Notes under the pieces: model-generated
Database searches by the model: none
What the model saw: the letters and a program-made list of their open reading frames with translations, nothing else
Told to the model about the DNA's origin: nothing
Translations under genes and position numbers: made by a program
Origin: a candidate division WOR-3 bacterium
GTDB taxonomy: Bacteria; Hydrothermota; UBA3072; B12-G15
Reading direction: 5' to 3'
DNA length: 12,801 nucleotides
Assembly: GCA_965649055.1 (NCBI GenBank)
Contig: CBFGJG010000051.1
Coordinates: forward strand, 1-12,801
Shown: one piece after another, positions 9,201 to 12,801 of the stretch
Numbering within the stretch: the first letter of the stretch is position 1
Layout: each line of letters starts with the position of its first letter

Positions 9201-11189
9201 GCTCAAACTAAAATTTGCAATCCCTGATACATTTGTTGTTTCTACTGCATAGACAACAGTATCCATCATACAACATACAATTGCACTATCAACAGGAATA
9301 CCATTATGAGAAACATTTATAGAAAAATTTACATTACCTGGTGGAATAAAATCTGGGTGCAAAACTGATAATGTTTCAGGATTATCAGTCCATATTCTTA
9401 ATTCTGGATCCCCAAATAGATTCAATTCATATATACACCAAAGCCATAATGAATCAAATGTTGCCCTTGCACCATAAAAATCTTTTACAGTGTTTAATGC
9501 CTCACCAAGCCTTATATGTGATTTCTTAAAAATCTGATGATAAAATGCTGTATCAATTGCTTCTGAAAAATATATCTTCCCAGATGCTGGATTTCCCCAT
9601 CCAAACCTTGAATTCATTATGGATGCAACACCTCCATCCCTTATCTTCGTAAGAAAATGTTCAGCAAAACAATCATTATCATCCCAAAATACCTCGTCAA
9701 GAGCACCTGTAAAACAGGAAATACCTGTCTGAATAGAAAGATTGTCTCCATTATGTAATGTGTCAATATCGTTTATACTGAGATAAACATTCCCATCTGC
9801 ATCACCAACTGCACCAGGACCGCCATGCAAGGCATAGTGTGTAAACTGAACACCTGAATTTAATGTATCTATTATACCCTTTTGTGTAAGATTACCCTGT
9901 GATTGATACAATTTAATATCACTCCAACCTGGTGGGGTGATATTTGCAATTGCATTATTAACAGAATCACCCCACCAGTTGTATGGAGGGAAAAGTAATG
10001 AAGCAGGAAAAAGAACACGTTTAACAAAATAAAATGGAGGTTTCTTTTCAAAAACAAGTATTTTATTCACCATATTTTCAGCACTTTCAACATCCTTACA
10101 AGGAAGCCTTCCTACAAAAACATCTGAGAATAAGTCAACACTATCCCCTTCTTCACCATATATATGATTATTGTTGAAATCCCAATTTCCATCAAGATTT
10201 GAAAAATAAATATCACCGGGTATTGTTTCCTGGTCAGGATAATATACAGGCATTAAAAGATGGGCATAAAATAAATCCCTCCTTGGAACATACTCTTCTT
10301 CCCATTCCCAATCTCCTTGACCACCAAGTAGAAACCATATTGTTCCCCAGGTTGAATATGCATCCTTCATAAAATTTCTCAATTTCTCAGCTTTATCGTA
10401 TCCAGAATAATTTGAAATAATCCAATCAATATTGACTATTTTTGTCTTTATACCCTTTTTCTTTTTCCATTCTGCAAGTTTTCTAAATGAATTATTAAAT
10501 GCCGAGCTACCAGATATGATTACATATTCATAATTGTCTGGAGGCAGAGTTGTGGAAAGATTTCGCATAATAGGAGGTGAAAATCTTTCAATATCTTCTT
10601 TGTTATAAACCAATTCTTCAAGCAATACCTTATGTACATCAAGCTGTTTCTTTGATGGTGAAAAACTCACATTTTTTCCTTCTTTATAGTTTATTACAAT
10701 CTCTGCCTCCGACATTACTTCTAATCTTGAAGATACAGGATTATACCTATAGGGATATACCTGGAAATAGACAATCTTAAAACCCCCTTTATTTCCTATT
10801 TTTAATCCATTTATCCTTTCAACTGGTATAAATTGATCTTTGTTGTAATATTCATTCTCCGGTTCTATTGTTGTTATAAAATCCTTCCAGTTGGAAAAAA
10901 ATGGGACTGGTTTCTGTGCAGGTAATATAGGAAGTTCAAGAGAAAATGTGTCTACCTTTATATCCATTAAAGAAACATTTATTTCATCTGCATTGGGAGG
11001 AACTATAAAAATAAATGTCTTTACTGGAAGTAGAGGTTTTCCCGGAATAGAAGTAAATTCCATACCTTCAGATTCAATCTTCAGGTATTCTTTACTTTTA
11101 ATATTTACCGTGGTTGTTTTTGGTTTTTCAAAATACACATTTGCCTTTATTTTTCCCAATTCCTGCAACAGAAACCAGATAAAAAACAT
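6240..11189 (-). CDS. Large C25 family (gingipain-like) cysteine peptidase, 1649 aa, with two tandem accessory modules, FN3-like domain and sorting tail
   Basis: Propeptide PGKPLLP...IVPP...YPYRYNP; catalytic motifs LAEWKKKKG, WFLLGG, VFVGRLP, LHG (His455, 9825..9827), ISCFTG (Cys492, 9714..9716), CFAE, LNLFGDPEL; internal duplication; tail VIDITGR...GIYFIK...KKIIILR. In-frame TGA three codons upstream fixes the start. Confidence 0.94.
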   Translation of the reverse strand: MFFIWFLLQELGKIKANVYFEKPKTTTVNIKSKEYLKIESEGMEFTSIPGKPLLPVKTFIFIVPPNADEINVSLMDIKVDTFSLELPILPAQKPVPFFSNWKDFITTIEPENEYYNKDQFIPVERINGLKIGNKGGFKIVYFQVYPYRYNPVSSRLEVMSEAEIVINYKEGKNVSFSPSKKQLDVHKVLLEELVYNKEDIERFSPPIMRNLSTTLPPDNYEYVIISGSSAFNNSFRKLAEWKKKKGIKTKIVNIDWIISNYSGYDKAEKLRNFMKDAYSTWGTIWFLLGGQGDWEWEEEYVPRRDLFYAHLLMPVYYPDQETIPGDIYFSNLDGNWDFNNNHIYGEEGDSVDLFSDVFVGRLPCKDVESAENMVNKILVFEKKPPFYFVKRVLFPASLLFPPYNWWGDSVNNAIANITPPGWSDIKLYQSQGNLTQKGIIDTLNSGVQFTHYALHGGPGAVGDADGNVYLSINDIDTLHNGDNLSIQTGISCFTGALDEVFWDDNDCFAEHFLTKIRDGGVASIMNSRFGWGNPASGKIYFSEAIDTAFYHQIFKKSHIRLGEALNTVKDFYGARATFDSLWLWCIYELNLFGDPELRIWTDNPETLSVLHPDFIPPGNVNFSINVSHNGIPVDSAIVCCMMDTVVYAVETTNVSGIANFSLSIPFSGNLEITVTKQNFYPYEGNIKVIGNEGIVFLNYEVFDTILNADNNKEINSGEIVDIPVWIRNNTLSNYSGLSGKLKIFSSYVSIIKDSVNFLSILSGDSVISNGAFRIQVSSFTPEEFFVPCSLIISKDAETWYSCFLLLVKGQKIINLNPNEIIFDYRYKNKKLSSYLDTIFYDDGNPTKQIYFSTYPYMGVRFIPNPGCTLLQALVGRSPIITNFYDKLFLRQDNAGIPGAVIDSFFYMPDKYADSGFTEVPLFNPYRPYVFQNPFWVVINDQGTSNGTMLGDAAGSGNSFVSTNGSNWQSYNSDFLIRVLVKTFTPKSLTDSSILWVKNDGSATLTIEKIELKNNSSWFYSKKPEFLAIPPFDSSKIVIRVDTIGLSKEQNYFDTLIIYSDASYENKFYSFISAVPISILYKNYIKIPRISLISYSIYDTVSSSNSNGVVEPGEIIDICGTIKNIGDTTGYSIFGKLIDNDIYTSFIDSVEDFGNVIPLEEKTFRYRLSISYETPLGHSVSCSLKINDANDSIWAVSLNFLVGKGPVISFSADSILFDYSKKNGIKSQIDTIIYDAGPLWDVSTYSYYGVRFTPASLCSVKSAIVCIDNVLGYSGDTIMVMDDNGGLPGTIISKTAFTPLTGSNLWNKIDLPPYIDDNDFWIVAKLRTTYQGMNNDQGDATITERSYYSSNGSSWIKNTSSDFCIRGIVSYFTQSYEWNDTGFIFVRNIGDTTLTIDSINTKLNSNWIKSIFPRNSSILKGDSVKISVIIDTAGLSPIRYSDTLIFFTNAIGVSKGTNAKLPVILNFYPLGIELISVNAINEKDGILLIWEAKNVEGGDEWIIKRKDTDWNIIGNLKVMESSDGIYRYKDRNVVSNMSYIYQVGLKLKTGEIKWSKMFNITANLIPEKYSFQIIGNVSRSKIIFSYGLPMITDVRIRVIDITGRIKREIKYDNQEPGCYISKMEIQEEGIYFIKFQTGGYEETKKIIILR
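6793..7932 (-). repeat. Accessory module copy B (about 380 aa; protein-level repeat)
   Basis: NGVVEPGEIIDI...CSL...ILFDY...DTIIYDAG...YGVRFTP..C...DDNDFW...DFCIRGIV...VRNIGDTTLTI...W...IDTAGL...YSDTL. Boundaries approximate. Confidence 0.85.
7950..9110 (-). repeat. Accessory module copy A (about 385 aa; protein-level repeat)
   Basis: NKEINSGEIVDI...CSL...IIFDY...DTIFYDDG...MGVRFIP..C...PFW...DFLIRVLV...VKNDGSATLTI...W...VDTIGL...YFDTL. Boundaries approximate. Confidence 0.85.
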
Positions 11190-11190
11190 A

Positions 11191-12801
11191 TTACCTCACT
11201 ATTAATATTTTTCTTGTTTCAGAATTTCCATCCTTGGAAAGTTTAACGAAATAGACACCATTTTGGGGCATAGGATATGAGAAACTGTAATTTCCTCTTC
11301 CGAGTTTTTCATTCTTAAAAATAGAAATAATCTCTCTTCCAGCTATATCGTAGAAACTAAGTGAAACTAACTCTTCTTTAAGAAGATTAAATTTTATATC
11401 AATCTTTGATGAACTATAGTTAGTGATAATATTGAACTCAGAAATTTTTCCTGAATAGTCGCATTCTGTCTCAGCAAGAATTTCGTTCGTCTTTCCGTCC
11501 CTTAATCTATAAATATACTCTCCAGGCATTTCAACGGTCCTATCAACAAATGAATATATACCCTCATTATCATAGCTTACCTCACCAATCTTTTCATAAG
11601 GATATTCACCTTTCAATTTCCTCTCAATTATTACTGTTCCATCACCTGCAACTCCTATTCTCCATATAATATTTACAAATCCATCCAATTCGTATGCAGC
11701 CATTTCTGTAATTGAAATACCTGTAACAGAAAATCTTATAATCACTGGGAGATAAACTTCTGCCTTAGAGCCTGTGTTCGCAACAATTACTAATGTATCA
11801 ACATAAACACCCGTCCTTATAAGTCCAGCTGTGTCTATTTTAACCCAGACACTCGCTGAATCATTAGGAACTATTGAAGATATTTTTACTGGTGTTATTG
11901 TTTTTAACCAAGTAGAATTTCTCTTTTTATAAATAGTATCTACTACAAGATTCGCTGTTCCAATATTCTTTATCCAGAAGACAGCAGAATCAGTGGTTGG
12001 AGCACCATAGGAAACAACCGCCCTTACCATCAGATCGTATGTATACCCAATCAAACCAAGGTTCCACCATGTCCCTCCAAAATCTCTATAATAACTCCTT
12101 GCACCTAAACCAAAACTGCTTCCAACCCATGAAAGAACATCAAGAGTATAGTTTTGATAACCTGCAATCCAAAAATCATTATTATCCATATATGAACCTG
12201 AAAAAGAAACATAGTGCCAAACTGGTAAATTACTTGGTGCAATCTGGGTTAAGAATGGAACCTTTTCAATAAGGGTTGATGGCGAAGTAATGCCTGAATC
12301 ATAAAGGTATGCAGTATCATACACAGCCAGAGTATGTCTTAATCCAAACAAAGCTCCAACCACAAAACAATTTGTTGGTGGAGTAAATCTTACACCAAAA
12401 TTTGGATACACATTTTGGAATGTCCAGCTAAGCCCGTTTATACCAGTATCATAGAAGATTGTATCAAGTTCTCCTTTTATCCCGTCAAGGACTTTAAAAT
12501 TCTTAAATGAATAGTCAAACACAAGGGAATCAATACTTAACTTTGAAACAGGTATTCCATAAACTGTAAGGTTAATTGCTGATTTCCATAAAGAGTCATA
12601 TTGATCCCTAATAAAAAGCGAACAAGGTAAAATAGTTCCATCAATGGCACTACTGGAAACTGAAATCCTGAATGGAATTGAAGAAATTGCAGAATCGTTT
12701 GGTGGAATATTACCAAATGTAGTATTTGAATTTATCATACTTGCCAACGGTGAATATTCATAATATGTTCCAGAGACAGAATACCCTGTTAAAGAACCGT
12801 A
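11191..12801 (-). CDS. C-terminal 536 aa of a large secreted modular protein paralogous to the C-terminal part of the 1649-aa protease; 5' end outside the window
   Basis: Frame stays open from 12747 to the edge (YGSLTGYSVSGTYYEYSP), so TTG 12747 is not a true start. Contains module copy C, TGISI junction, FN3-like IIW...IIERK...YSFVD...YIYRL and tail FYDIAGR...NGVYFVK...RKILIVR. Confidence 0.9.
   Translation of the reverse strand, partial: YGSLTGYSVSGTYYEYSPLASMINSNTTFGNIPPNDSAISSIPFRISVSSSAIDGTILPCSLFIRDQYDSLWKSAINLTVYGIPVSKLSIDSLVFDYSFKNFKVLDGIKGELDTIFYDTGINGLSWTFQNVYPNFGVRFTPPTNCFVVGALFGLRHTLAVYDTAYLYDSGITSPSTLIEKVPFLTQIAPSNLPVWHYVSFSGSYMDNNDFWIAGYQNYTLDVLSWVGSSFGLGARSYYRDFGGTWWNLGLIGYTYDLMVRAVVSYGAPTTDSAVFWIKNIGTANLVVDTIYKKRNSTWLKTITPVKISSIVPNDSASVWVKIDTAGLIRTGVYVDTLVIVANTGSKAEVYLPVIIRFSVTGISITEMAAYELDGFVNIIWRIGVAGDGTVIIERKLKGEYPYEKIGEVSYDNEGIYSFVDRTVEMPGEYIYRLRDGKTNEILAETECDYSGKISEFNIITNYSSSKIDIKFNLLKEELVSLSFYDIAGREIISIFKNEKLGRGNYSFSYPMPQNGVYFVKLSKDGNSETRKILIVR
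11193..11197 (-). promoter_or_regulatory. Shine-Dalgarno GAGGT inside the last codons of the upstream gene
   Basis: Minus strand GTGAGGTAATATG: TAA at 11193..11191, 1-nt gap, ATG at 11189; spacing is short. Confidence 0.6.
11731..12801 (-). repeat. Accessory module copy C (partial at window edge)
   Basis: FGNI...CSL...LVFDY...DTIFYDTG...FGVRFTP..C...DNNDFW...DLMVRAVV...IKNIGTANLVV...W...IDTAGL...YVDTL; short DNA similarity to copy B (caatccaaaaatcattattatc near 12170 vs caatccagaaatcattatcatc near 7230). Confidence 0.85.

Noticed and set aside
5667..10057. Short alternative-frame minus-strand ORFs (5667, 6829, 8522, 9872)
   Set aside because: Nested in long intact genes whose own frames carry the conserved motifs; no sign of frameshifting.
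6240..11189. Many N-x-S/T sequons in the large protease
   Set aside because: A rough count is close to what Asn/Ser/Thr richness predicts, and they also occur in the propeptide and tail.
3292..12272. Short plus-strand ORFs (3292, 3992, 4217, 4694, 6850, 8728, 10577, 10891, 11997)
   Set aside because: All lie antisense to well-supported genes, with no recognisable motifs; shadow ORFs.
12745..12747. TTG start of the 518-aa ORF
   Set aside because: The frame is open to the window edge and the upstream residues align with module copy B.
6793..12801. Module copies as DGR template/variable repeats or recent conversion cassettes
   Set aside because: DNA similarity is limited to short patches, copies differ by indels, and no reverse transcriptase or recombinase is in the window.
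1..12801. CRISPR array, tRNA/rRNA, IS element or strong intrinsic terminator
   Set aside because: The window is almost entirely coding; the longest spacers are 48 and 63 nt and contain no such structure.

Overview
AT-rich (roughly 30% GC by eye) bacterial window filled by seven co-oriented minus-strand genes, two cut by the window edges. In transcription order (right to left): the C-terminal part of a large secreted modular protein (11191..>12801), a 1649-aa gingipain-like C25 cysteine protease with two tandem accessory modules, a 282-aa CBM9/DOMON-like secreted protein, a second 875-aa C25 protease, a 141-aa protein with one propeller-type repeat, a signal-peptide/DUF4476 protein, and the N-terminus of an HEXXH gluzincin-type protein missing from the ORF track (<1..559). 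The first five genes are 1-13 nt apart and all end in a type IX secretion (T9SS type A CTD)-like sorting tail. Strong Shine-Dalgarno sites argue against typical Bacteroidota; a WOR-3-like FCB-related lineage is my inference only. Most notable signals: D-(S/T)-hydrophobic O-glycosylation-type sequons enriched in mature domains and nearly absent from propeptides and sorting tails; a three-copy module with a sandwich domain apparently inserted into an Ig fold behind a Lys-rich loop; ultra-short uncharged N-termini; and a single-repeat mini-cargo. No RNA genes, CRISPR arrays or mobile elements were seen. Domain calls are from motif recognition by eye, not database searches.
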